Both the position numbers and the translations under genes were made by a program. Shown piece after piece: positions 1 through 12,202 of a stretch of DNA of 64,000 nt. The DNA comes from Amphiscolops sp. MND2022 (Eukaryota): NCBI GenBank assembly GCA_964187785.1, contig OZ076409.1, forward strand, positions 72,728,001 through 72,792,000, read 5' to 3'. Below the pieces are notes generated by a model, which was not told where the DNA came from, did no database searches, and saw only the letters and a program-made list of their open reading frames with translations. The stretch's first letter is position 1; every line of letters begins with the position of its first letter.

Positions 1-2712
1 TATTACATTAGGAACCGTGTTTTTTTTTTCACCAAAATCATGTTTTTGAGTGCCCAAAAACACTTTTTTAAAGCCCAGTAGCCACCTAAAATGTTCTTTT
101 GCATAACATGGGATGTGAATAACGTCAAGAAAGTGCTCACTATGGATTTGGAGTTATCTCGAAAAAATCAGCTGCCATTAGACGTTACATTACAGAAAAT
201 CGTACCTTACATATCGATACATGGGTTGAGTCAAAAACAGCTAAAGTTCTTTTTCAGTCAATCAATACTGTTTTTTGTTCACAACCAAGTGTACAGCTGA
301 CGTCGAACCTTTTTTGACCTTCCACAATGGTTATAATGCGATTTTGAGGGACAAAAGGCTTGTTGACAAACAAAATTCCAAGATGAAATTGCTTTCCAAA
401 TCATTTTTTGAAGTATAGGAACGCCATTTTTTGCCGACAACCATCAAATATCCACTTCTCTTGGCCCAGGGGCTTGTGAAAAATACAACTGAGCCTTGAC
501 AAGGCACATGGACCGTAATTCGAGTAGTCATGTACCACAACATTTGCTAATCGATAGCAACTTTTGTTGAAAATTGATACAACATCACATTTTTGGTGGA
601 CTCGAAATGACAAAATGGAGCTTTACCAGAAACTATTGGCTTTTAGTACAACTCACTGGCACTGTAAGTTACGAAAATACGGTTTACAGTAGTTTCATGC
701 TACTTTTTCAGAATCTGAGGTACATAAAAATATCATACTGAATAGACAAATAACTTCAACATCGGAATTTTTCCGGATGTGTCACCACCTTTTTGGTATC
801 AGCGGTCCTACCAACACTGCTTTTGGTCTAACACTAAACCCAAGGATCAACCAAGATGTATATCAGACTTGTAAAATCAATGCAAGGTCTTTCGACATGT
901 CAAAAGTACTGATAAGACGAGAATCTTCTCAAAAATTCATGTTATGTGTCATATTCCATTCCACGTTTATTAATCGGTGCTTGTCGGTTATAGTATTAAC
1001 GCTCAACAACGAGCTTACTGACACGAAACAACTTGTAGACAGTTATTAAAAGTATGTATAATTCCAACATGCTCGGTTTTGGCAGATTTTTCATCCCATT
1101 AGTTCTTAACGTGTAAATTTTACTTCCCAAAAACCCTATTTTTGTCAGGTCGAAATTCGAATTTTCGTGTTTTGATCAATATTATTGTGTCTGACGTAAC
1201 CTGTGGCCTCCAAAATACTCAAAAACAATAGTATGACTGCTATCAAATGCTTCAGTGACATGTGGGGCACGTTAACACGTTTTGGTAAGAAAAATTCCAC
1301 TTCGAAGTGAAAATTTGGAAGACACATTGTGTCAATAAAAACTGAATACATGCAAAACGTTCCTAACTCCCGTCAATTAGTATTGACGTAGTAACTGTGT
1401 TGCGAATTAGAGGTCTATAGAGTGGTGTATGGGAAAACTGTGGCGCATAAAGCGTTGTTCATAACAAAGTTCTTCCAATAACTACAATTGTGTTTTCAAA
1501 AGTTTCACTATATTTCACATATTCACAGAATGTGATTGATGCTACCTAGTAATGGAAAACCACTGTCGAATCTTCTTTAGTGGACTCAACAGTCCTGAAA
1601 ATCACAGACATACATCACGTTTCATAATTATACACTCGAGGCTACACAATAATTTATTTCCGCTAGTTGCTGATAACTGAATTTCCTGATAGCCTTCCAA
1701 GTTGGCCTTGTGTCAACCTGGGAAGGCTATCAGCACAAAACACAAAGAACACAGCTTGTTGTTGCCTCTAATTTGCTGTTGTTTTCGTTAAGATTTTATG
1801 GTACCGTTTCTTTATAACATGTGGTTAACATAAGACAATTTCTCTCTGTATGGAACGACATCCATTGATAAGAAAGATTACAGTTTTTTAGTTGAAAAAG
1901 ACCTTGAAACTACTGCGCAATTCATGCAATTTATCCAAAACGTTCATTCATTTCAATAATTTGCGTCCCATTGAGCGTCACAAACCACTATACCTCCTTT
2001 AACTGACAGTACAAAGACACATCATCCTTTGACCGTCCACAGAGCGAAGGCGTGGCGAGGCACGCCTTGCGAAGACCTTTGGCAAAACAGTACTAACGTC
2101 CGTTCGTGACGCATACGAAAAACTATTTTATTTTCAACAATCGTCATAAAGCATATTTGTTATATCGGCCTTTCGTTACATTTGTGCAATGATACCTTTA
2201 TCAGTGAAATATTAAGTTATACATAGGTAACTGCAGTAACTTCGTGATTACCAAAGTGATATCAAAATGTTGTTACATAAATATTTCTGACACAGCGGAA
2301 TTCCGAAGTGTCATTAGGCACTTTTTCAGTGCTCGTTAGGAAAGCGAGCACTTTTGCTTGGACCAAACAAGCTCGTATCAGACTGGTCATGTGAAGGCAA
2401 GTAACGGAATCGAAACAATGTTCCTCATCAACTTTTTGGTAGCGTCAGAAACACAATGTTTCCTTTTTAATGTCCCACAGTTGTTTGTTAGCTTCTGTTC
2501 ATAGAGAATTGTTTCTGCGCAGACCAAAATATAGCAAGTTATCCAATACGCCTGATAACGGATTTGCCCCACACAGAACTATCAGTTAACATTTTTGTAT
2601 GTTGATATCTTTTTACCCCGTTGTTCAACAACTCATGCACCTTCATTTCTTCTTCAACAACTAACTCGCCACCTCCTTGTCGTCTCGTGGTTTGTTTAGC
2701 CTCCAGCGCTAG
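1..2712 (+). repeat. Long cassette family L, 5' part outside the window
   Basis: Near-identical to 9489-12202 (offset ~9490); identity stops at the CTAG|GTG junction. Confidence 0.9.
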
Positions 2713-4905
2713 GTGGAGGTTATTTTATAATAATTAATGTGTTTTTTTCCGGAGTTTGTGGCTTTGGAAAAAACAAAAGGCGAGAAATCGTGCACTCCGG
2801 GCTGAACCGTATACACTCAAATTTCGCCCATTTTTTATACGATCTCGAAACCCAGCCGTACGATTTTGCTCAAAATTTGCATGCGGCTACAAAATCAGAT
2901 TCTAAGAACTATTTCCTGGTGACATTTTTTTGAAATTTTTGTGTACGTTTCCCCCCCGCCCCCTAAAGGGGTCACTTTTCCCCACTTTTGCACTTATGAG
3001 TCAAATTCTCAAACCTGGTGGATCTGAGCGTATTCCTGACGGGGACAACTTTTAACAAGCGCTCCTCAGTCGACCTTTTTGACTTTTTACTTTGGTGGTA
3101 CGTTCACCCCCCGAGGAGGAAATTGCGTTTTTGTGACTTCCGGTCGAGGCTTTTTTCACCCAAAAATTAGAATTAAGCCAGTTTTGAGCAGGAAGGAGTG
3201 GATTTAAAGTGCCTGTACCCTGCTAAAAATTTGTTGGGCTTGTAGCGATATATCTCATACCAAGTCTGGTTTTCACCCCCAAACCCCCCTTGAGACCAAA
3301 ATTCACCCAAAGTTTTTTACCTCTGTTTGTAGTTTTTTTACCGAATATCGTCATTTCCATGGGTACGGAGTTGAATTAGGGGCTCCTAATAGGGTACCGA
3401 TGTTCAAGTACACTTGCAGTGCAACTGAGTGACCCTTTTTGGGCCTCTCCTGTGTTCGGCAAGGACCGGAAGTGGTGTAACCCCCCCTTTTTTGACGTTT
3501 GTTGACCTTGAGACTCGCGCTTAGATGACGTTTATGTCGCGCAAATCCTACAAACAAGTATTAGGATGTCATGCTAGCCAACTAGAGAGCAGTAAGGGAA
3601 ACAATAATATATCGGAAGTAACCCCCCGTGACCGGAAGTTGTCATTTTTGACCGGAAATGGTCCAAAACCTAGCGTTAAAGCAGTTTTTCATTGCTTTTA
3701 AAGTCAACTTCTTACATTTTTCAATCTGCGCGAGCTTTTCTTCAGGTTCGTTTTTGTTGCCGGTGCACAGCAACGAATATACAACTGTAAAATTTTCGCT
3801 ATAAAATCGTCGGAGAGAGAAATAACGGAATATTTGGAGTTTTTTTCGAAAATATTAGTCTATATCTGTCATTTTTACCCAATGTTATTCAACAGTAGAA
3901 CCACAGATTTTATTCTCTGCCCAAAAATATGCCTAACAAATTCACCTGTCCCTTTGGTTGCAGTTTGAGCATTCTAGCTTTTTCTGGTCACAAGTAAGGG
4001 GACTTGAAAAAGTTTCAAAAACTTTTCCGAAAAATTTTTCTAAACGTCATGTCTCCCAAAGTTAAGAAACTTCCGCACAACTAGGATTACAAGTGAATGC
4101 ACGTGGTAAGACCTCTAATTGGAGAGAAAAATTCAGTTTAGAACGTCTCTTTATCGTAACGTGACGTTAAGAGAAGTTGCTTTGAATGCGAGCTTGATGA
4201 GACGTCGAGAAGTAACAGTGTGTAAATGGAACCTATGTCTCGACAAATACTCATCGGAATACATGAGATGAACCCCAATTACCCTCAATTTCAGTTGCCT
4301 AGTACAACAACGTCTTCCAAGGACCCTTTAATCTTTTTGATAAGCGTTGAAGTCATCAATAGATTGAGTTCGCAAGAAACAATTGAGTACATTCTCATCT
4401 CTCCCCATCGGGTGAGATGAGAATGTTTTTGCTGAAAGCCAGGTACTACGGCCCAATTTTGTTTCATTGCGACGCATTCTGTGCTTTAGCACATAGATAC
4501 TTTTATTCCGTCTCACTTTTTGTATACACTCTGATTTGTTGTTATGAATTTCTCGTCATTACTTTACATAAACTAATTACCATAAAACTTTAACGTCAAA
4601 GCCACATTCATTTAGACACCCACCATTCCGTAGGTATGCCGAGGTATGCCATTCGAAGATGTAGGTCAAACGCAAATGCGATAAAAATAGTGCTGAAAAT
4701 CGGAAACAGTGACAAACAATTTTGACTTTTTGATATTTGTTAGGTTTTCATATGGAACTTACACATCACTGACAATTCAAAACATTCCAGCTGACGCTCA
4801 CATACAAACATCAACGCCCACCGTCTGTGGGCATGCCGAGGCATGCCCTTCGACGACGTATAGCAAATTCCTTTAATATCTACACCCAATTGCGGTAGCT
4901 GCTAG
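2713..4905 (+). repeat. Cassette family B (2193 bp)
   Basis: Homologous to 29770-31960. Type I internal hairpin ~4385-4427, degenerate end box ~4632, canonical end box ~4828. Confidence 0.9.
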
Positions 4906-6193
4906 GTGGCCGGAAATTTTTTTTTTCATCAAAATCTTTGCCATTGGGGGAGGGGCCCCGGATGGCCAGTAGTACGGGATAGCTTCCTACCAAATCCAGG
5001 CGGAAAAAACGTGATTTTGGAAACTAGCCGTCAGAATTTGCTCAAATTTTGCATACGGCTTCCTATGACAATCCTAAGAACTAATCCCTACTGGCATTTT
5101 GCCCAAAAAACGCAAAAAGTTGGTCAAAATCTTAGTTTTTTGGTCAAAAAATGGCGTTTTTTCGAAAAAATTTTTTTTCAGAGACAATTACTCGTAACTG
5201 GGTCACCCAGCGCAAAAACGCCTAGCTGATTTATTGTTGGGCACTTCATGAGGAGTGCGTATACAAATTTTCGTCCAGATCGGAAAAAAAATGACTAAGT
5301 ATTAGACGGAATTCGGACTCATTTTTTCGCAAATTTTTGAAAACCTAGTCTATCTTTGCCGTTTTTTGCCCAGATTTTTTTCCAGGTCCTCTCCTAAAGG
5401 CCTCCCCTGGCCGGTTTACTTCCCAGAAAAACCAATTGGCCCTAAATACGGAGTTTCAGCGTTCTAGCATTCCCGGGCGAAAAGATGTGGGACTTAGAAA
5501 AAATTCAAAATTTTTCAAAAAATTTTTTTTTCGTTTTCCGGCCCCCCAATGAAGGGGAACGACCCCCCAACGAGGATTTTTGGTGAATTCACGTGGAAAG
5601 GCCTTGTTTTGTGGAGAAAATTGCCGTTTAGAGCGACTTTTTATCTTAACTTGACGTTGACCTCTGTCGTTTTGAATTTGATATTAGTATGTGTTGAGCA
5701 TGTGAAAAGTTGATGATTTCAGTTGTTCTCTCGTGTTCAAGCCATTGAGATACAAGCGGTAGTGATCAAAATGTGATTTATCGCAATTTGGTGGTGCTTT
5801 TGGTGTATTTTGATTCTTTTAAATAAAAAGTTGTTCTTTATATATTTGGTGTATTGATTCAAATTAACAAGAAACAGTTGAGTACATTTCATCTCCCCCC
5901 TTGTGGGGGAGATGAGGATGTACCCGCTAAATGACACGCACAATGGCCCACTTTTACTTTTATGCGACGTTTTCTAGGCTTTTGCGCAAGCCCACTAATA
6001 TTTAGACTGGTTTCCTTTTCTTTTACTCCAAAATTTTCCGTACTAACCACCTTACGCACCACCAGCTCAACGTAACATCCGTAACGTCAACGCCACACAC
6101 TCTCACTAACGCCCACCGTCCGTGGGCATGCCGAGGCATGCCCTTCGACGACGTATGCCAAATAGCGCCACAGGGCGCAAACTTGTCCGCTAG
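4906..6193 (+). repeat. Cassette family A (1288 bp)
   Basis: Near-identical copies start at 31961, 34637, 39171, 44797, 50446 and 59599. Confidence 0.92.
6095..6160 (+). other. Conserved subterminal end box (example): CAACGCCCACCGTCYGT-GGGCATGCC-GA-GGCATGCCC-TTCGACGACGTA
   Basis: Perfect 9-bp inverted repeat at 6124-6143. I count 33 intact copies, typically ~45-60 bp upstream of a cassette end. Confidence 0.9.
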
Positions 6194-7467
6194 GTGGCCG
6201 GGAACTTTTTTTCCTGCATTTTTCTGTCCAATTGGGGGAGGGGCCCCAAGTGGCTGTTATCCGGTTTTACTACCTACCCTAAACACGCTCAAAAAATGAC
6301 GATCTCGAAAACCACCCCTTAGATTTTCCTGAAACTTTGCATACAGGCCTAGAATCAAATCCTAAGAACTATTTCCTACTGGCGTTTTTCCGAATTTTTT
6401 CAAAAAGTTGGTCAAAAATGCAACAAAAGTTGCCAATGGACATAAAAAACGCAACTTTTCGACTTTGAGGGCCCATAACTTTTTTCAGAGTGCCCGGAGC
6501 GATTCGCACAATAACCACAATATTGCTCAGCATTGTCGGAGGAGTGCGTGGACGAAGTTTGGGGTCAATCGAATGAAAATTGATTGAGAAATAAACGCAA
6601 ATGTTCGTGCATTTGTTGCAAACACCAGTCTATCTCTGCCATTTTCGCCAAAAATTTTTCCCAGAGCCTTTATAGGAGGCAACCCCTGCCCAAATTTCTG
6701 CCGAGCAAACCCATTTGGCCCTAAATACGGAGTTTCAGCATTCTAGGATTCCCGGGCGAAAAGTTGTGGGACTTAGAAAAATTTCAAAAAAACGCAAAAA
6801 TTGTAAAAAGTAATTTAGGCGCCCCAAAGTCTCAAAACTTCCACACAACTAGTATTGCAAGTGAATGCATGTGGAAAGCACTTGAATAGACAAGAAATAT
6901 GAGCTATAGAACGACTCTGTAGCTTAATCTGACGTTGACTTATAACATTTTGAGTGTGAGCATCCTATAGGATTTTAATGTCAAAAATGAGATTTTGTAA
7001 GTCATGTCTCATCAAAAACTCATCGGAATACGTTCAATCATCCCCATAGCTGTTCAATCACCGTTGCTTAGTAGAGCAACGCCATTTAATGTCTTTGGAC
7101 CCATTTTGAAAATTTTCCTTACCGTCTTATTCGTCCGATATCACGAAACAATTGAGTACATTCCATCTCCCCCCTTGTGGGGGAGATGAGAATGTACTCG
7201 CCAAAGACCTGAAACAATGGCCCATATTGGTTTTTATTTGACTTTTCTCACAATATTGCACACGGATAGCTGTGTTTGGTAAAAGTTTTCCTTTGCACCA
7301 TGTCTCCAGAAGCAAAACCACTTCTTTAGCTTACTACTTCCACTCAAACATCACTAACGTCAACGCCACATACTCGCATCAACGCCCACCGTCTGTGGGC
7401 ATGCCGAGGCATGCCCTTCGACGACGTATGCCAAATAGCGCCGAAGGGCGCCCCCAATTTCCGCTAG
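6194..7467 (+). repeat. Short cassette, variant C (1274 bp)
   Basis: GTG head, core motif, type I hairpin 7154-7199, end box, CTAG. Confidence 0.88.
7154..7199 (+). other. Type I internal hairpin (example): GAGTACATTCCATCTCCCC-loop-GGGGAGATGAGAATGTACTC
   Basis: One per short or B cassette (25 counted), ~200 bp upstream of the end-box position. Confidence 0.88.
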
Positions 7468-10400
7468 GTGGTTGGGGCGTTATTCCCCACGAAGTTCGCG
7501 GCCGCGGGAGACGGGACCCGCGGACCGCCCATCCAATGCAAAAATATACACTCTAAACAGCACCATTATAAACACGATCTCGAAAATGAACCGTAGGATT
7601 GTCTTGAAATTTTGCATACGGATAGAAGCAAAAATTCTAAGAACTTTTTCCTGCTGGCACTTTTCCGAAAAAAACGTCCTTCATGGGTTTTTTTGGGTTT
7701 TTTTGGTTTTTTCTCATCTTTCTCATCTTTGATTAATCAATCACCGAATCAAATGCCATTTTCAGCATGAAGGAATGCACGTAGCGGCAAAGTGCACTTT
7801 TACAAAAATCATCAACGGTCAACGGTCTTTCGAACGGTCTAAAAAAATTTCCCCCCGGGGGCATGCAAAGTGCCGAAAAGTGCCAAAATATTTTTTTGGT
7901 CTGAATCATTTTGATGAAATTGTTGATTTGAGCAGCAGGAACGGTCCGCACGGTCTCGGACCATAAGGTCAAAAATTGTCAGTGAGTTATGGTGACGTCC
8001 AAAATGACATTGGTTGAGCTGTAGGAGGCCTATGAAAAAATTTGAATTTTTTGAGTCTACAATCCGAGCTGAACTGTTACGTATTATGAACTTTTCAGTA
8101 CTATGTTGCCAAAGACCGAGTACAGATAGGTGCATGGGTCAGCCTTATTGAAATGAACATTGGGCACTGGGCTAACGATTGAGTGCAAAAATTATAGCCT
8201 AGTTGCTGTAGTCGAAGAAAAAAATTCTCAGAAGTGTTACTTTCAATTTGTCATGTTGACTCGGAGTTACAAAAAGATGATTTTCTCGCCAACAACGGTC
8301 CGAACGGTCTTGGACCATAAGATCAAAAATTGTCAGTGTGCTATGGTGACGCCCAAAAACCCATCGGAACAAGCGTAGGATGCTTCTGAAAAAATTTCGA
8401 ATTTTTACCTCGGCCCAAGAGTTATTGTGTTACATCGTAACAACATTTCGTGTATGCATATCTCCTGACAGCGTACAGATAGCATCATGGGTCACCTTTT
8501 TGAAAGTGAACGTGGGCCACTGGTGTACTGCATGGTTATAAAAAATTTAGACTAAGTGCTGCATGGCGTGAATAATATGCCAAGATGTGGTATTTACGAT
8601 ATTTTAGCACGACTCGGACTGACAAAAAGCCTATTTCTGCCCCAGCAACGGTCCAAACGGTCATCAAGTATAAGGTCAAAAAATGTCAGTGTGACATTAT
8701 GGCGCCTAAAAACCTACCAGAATAATCGTAGGAAGCTTCTGAAAAAATTTTGAATTTTTACGTGGGCCCGAGAGTTATGATGTTGCATCGTAGCAACATT
8801 TCGGGTATGCATATCTCCCTACAGAGTACAGATAGCATCATGGGTCACCTTTTCGAAAAAGAACGTGGGCCACTGGTCTATCGATTGGTTGTAAAAAGTT
8901 TTCAATCACTGCTGCACGGCGTGAATAAAATGCCAATATGGGATATTTAGCATTTTTTTGCACGACTCGGACCTACAAAAGTCCCATTTCTGCTCCACCA
9001 ACGGTCCGTACGGTCTTCAACCATAAGGTCAAAAAGTGTCAGTGTGCTATGGTGACGCCCAAAAACCCAACAGTACACTTGTAGAGTGCTTCCGAAAACT
9101 TTTGGAATTTTTAGGTGAGTCCGAGAGTTATAGAGAGTTATGTTGTCACATGGTAACTACATTTCGGGAATGTATATCTCCTGACACAGTACAGATACCA
9201 ACATGGGTCATCTTTTGGAAAGTGAACGTGGGCCACTGGCCTACCGAATGGTGATAAAAAGTTTTCACCAGTTGCTACAGGGAGTGATAAAAGTGCTTAC
9301 ATAGTTTACATAGCATTTTTTCAGGCGACTCGGACTTACAAAAAGCTCATTTGCTAGCGAACAACGGTCTGTACGGTCTCCACTCAATGGGTCGAAAATT
9401 TTTTGTGGGCTATGGTGACGCTCAAAAACCCATCAGTTTACTTGTGGGATGATTCTATAAAAATTTAGTGTTTTCGTGCAGACTATGTTACATATTACAT
9501 TAGGAACCGTGTTTTTTCCTCACCAAAATCATGTTTTTGAGTGCCCAAAAGCAATTTTTAAAGCCCAGTAGCCACCTAAAATGTTCTTTTGCATAACATG
9601 GGATGTGAATAACGTCAAGAAAGTGCTCACTATGGATTTGGAGTTATCTCGAAAAAATCAGCTGCCATTAGACGTTACATTACAGAAAATCGTACCTTAC
9701 ATATCGATTCATGGGTTGAGTCAAAAACAGCTAAAGTTCTTTTTCAGTCAATCAATACTGTTTTTTGTTCACAACCAAGTGTACAGCTGACTTCGAAGCT
9801 ATTTTGACCTTCCACAATGGTTATAATGCGATTTTGAGGGACAAAAGGCTTGTTGACAAACAAAATTCCAAGATGAAATTGCTTTCCAAATCATTTTTTG
9901 AAGTATAGGAACGCCATTTTTTGCCGACAACCATCAAATATCCACTTCTCTTGGCCCAGGGGCTTGTGAAAAATACAACTGAGCCTTGACAAGGCACATG
10001 GACCGTAATTCGAGTAGTCATGTACCACAACATTTGCTAATCGATAGCAACTTTTGTTGAAAATTGATACAACATCACATTTTTGGTGAACTCGAAATGA
10101 CAAAATGGAGCTTTACCAGAAACTATTGGCTTTTAGTACAACTCACTGGCACTGTAAGTTACGAAAATACGGTTTACAGTAGTTTCATGCTACTTTTTCA
10201 GAATCTGAGGTACATAAAAATATCATACTGAATAGACAAATAACTTCAACATCGGAATTTTTCCGGATGTGTCACCACCTTTTTGGTATCAGCGGTCCTA
10301 CCAACACTGCTTTTGGTCTAACACTAAACCCAAGGATCAACCAAGATGTATATCAGACTTGTAAAATCAATGCAAGGTCTTTCGACATGTCAAAAGTACT

Positions 10401-12202
10401 GATAAGATGAGAATCTTCTCAAAAATTCATGTTATGTGTCATATTCCATTCCACGTTTTTTAATCGGTGCTTGTCGGTTATAGTATTAACGCTCAACAAC
10501 GAGCTTACTGACAAGAAACAACTTGTTAACAGTTATTAAAAGTATGTATAATTCCACCATGCTCGGTCTTGGCAGATTTTTCATCCCATTAGTTCTTAAC
10601 GTGTAAATTTTACTTCCCAAAAACCCTATTTTTGTCAGGTCGAAATTCGAATTTTCGTGTTTTGATCAATATTATTGTGTCTGACGTAACCTGTGGCCTC
10701 CAAAATACTCAAAAACAATAGTATGACTGCTATCAAATGCTTCAGTGACATGTGGGGCACGTTAACACGTTTTGGTAAGAAAAATTCCACTTCGAAGTGA
10801 AAATTTGGAAGACACATTGTGTCAATAAAAACTGAATACATGAAAAACGTACCTAACTCCCGTCAATTAGTATTGACGTAGTAACTGTGTTGCGAATTAG
10901 AGGTCTATAGAGTGGTGTATGGGAAAACTGTGGCGCATAAAGCGTTGTTCATAACAAAGTTCTTCCAATAACTACAATTGTGTTTTCAAAAGTTTCACTA
11001 TATTTCACATATTCACAGAATGTGATTGATGCTACCTAGTAATGGAAAACCACTGTCGAATGTTCTTTAGTGGACTCAACAGTCCTGAAAATCACAGACA
11101 TACATCACGATTCATAATTATACACTCGAGGCTACACAGTAATTTATTTCCGCTAGTTGCTGATAACTGAATTTCCTGATAGCCTTCCAAGTTGGCCTTG
11201 TGTCAACCTGGGAAGGCTATCAGTACAAAACACAAAGAACACAGCTTGTTGTTGCCTCTAATTTGCTGTTGTTTTCGTTAAGATTTTATGGTACCGTTTC
11301 TTTATAACATGTGGTTAACATAAGACAATTTCTCTCTGTATGGAACGACATCCATTGATAAGAAAGATTACAGTTTTTTAGTTGAAAAAGACCTTGAAAC
11401 TACTGCGCAATCCATGCAATTTATCCAAAACGTTCATTCATTTCAATAATTTGCGTCCCATTGAGCGTCACAAACCACTATACCTCCTTTAACTGACAGT
11501 ACAAAGACACATCATCCTTTGACCGTCCACAGACCGAAGGCGTGGCGAGGCACGCCTTGCGAAGACCTTTGGCAAAACAGTACTAACGTCCGTTCGTGAC
11601 GCATACGAAAAACTATTTTATTTTCAACAATCGTCATAAAGCATATTTGTTATATCGGCCTTTCGTTACATTTGTGCAATGATACCTTTATCAGTGAAAT
11701 ATTAAGTTATACATAGGTAACTGCAGTAACTTCGTGATAACCAAAGTGATATCAAAATGTTGTTACATAAATATTTCTGACACAGCGGAATTCCGAAGTG
11801 TCATTAGGCACTTTTTCAGTGCTCGTTAGGAAAGCGAGCACTTTTGCTTGGACCAAACATGCTCGTATCAGACTGGTCATGTGAAGGCAAGTAACGGAAT
11901 CGAAACAATGTTCCTCATCAACTTTTTGGTAGCGTCAGAAACACAATGTTTCCTTTTTAATGTCCCCCAGTTGTTTGTTAGCTTCTGTTCATAGAGAATT
12001 GTTTCTGCGCAGACCAAAATATAGCAAGTTATCCAATACGCCTAATAACGGATTTGCCCCACACAGAACTATCACTTAACATTTTTGTATGTTGACATCT
12101 TTTTACCCCGTTGTTCAACAACTCATGCACCTTCATTTCTTCTTCAACAACTAACTCGCCACCTCCTTGTCGTCTCGTGGTTTGTTTAGCCTCCAGCGCT
12201 AG
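7468..12202 (+). repeat. Long cassette family L (4735 bp)
   Basis: Colinear with 17156-21871. Internal ~354-bp repeats, type II hairpin 11178-11221, degenerate end box 11537-11558. Confidence 0.9.
7940..9490 (+). repeat. Internal ~354-bp tandem repeat in L cassette
   Basis: AACGGTCCG.ACGGTCT..ACCATAAGGTCAAAA-like unit starts at ~7940, 8294, 8647, 9000, 9363. Confidence 0.85.

Noticed and set aside
4906..6193. Retrozyme or self-cleaving ribozyme array (hammerhead, pistol, twister, HDV)
   Set aside because: No conserved CTGANGA..GAAA core. The TAGGG loop recalls pistol P1 but the downstream pistol elements are missing. An Rfam search is still worthwhile.
7154..7199. Internal hairpins as rho-independent terminators
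   Set aside because: No following U-tract and no upstream gene; the context does not look prokaryotic.
9581..11000. L body as a decayed transposase or other pseudogene
   Set aside because: A by-eye comparison of the first ~70 nt with the 14369 homologue showed no third-position bias, and the frames checked contain stops. No Rep, helicase, YR or RT motif was seen. A tBLASTx/HMM search would be needed to exclude it fully.
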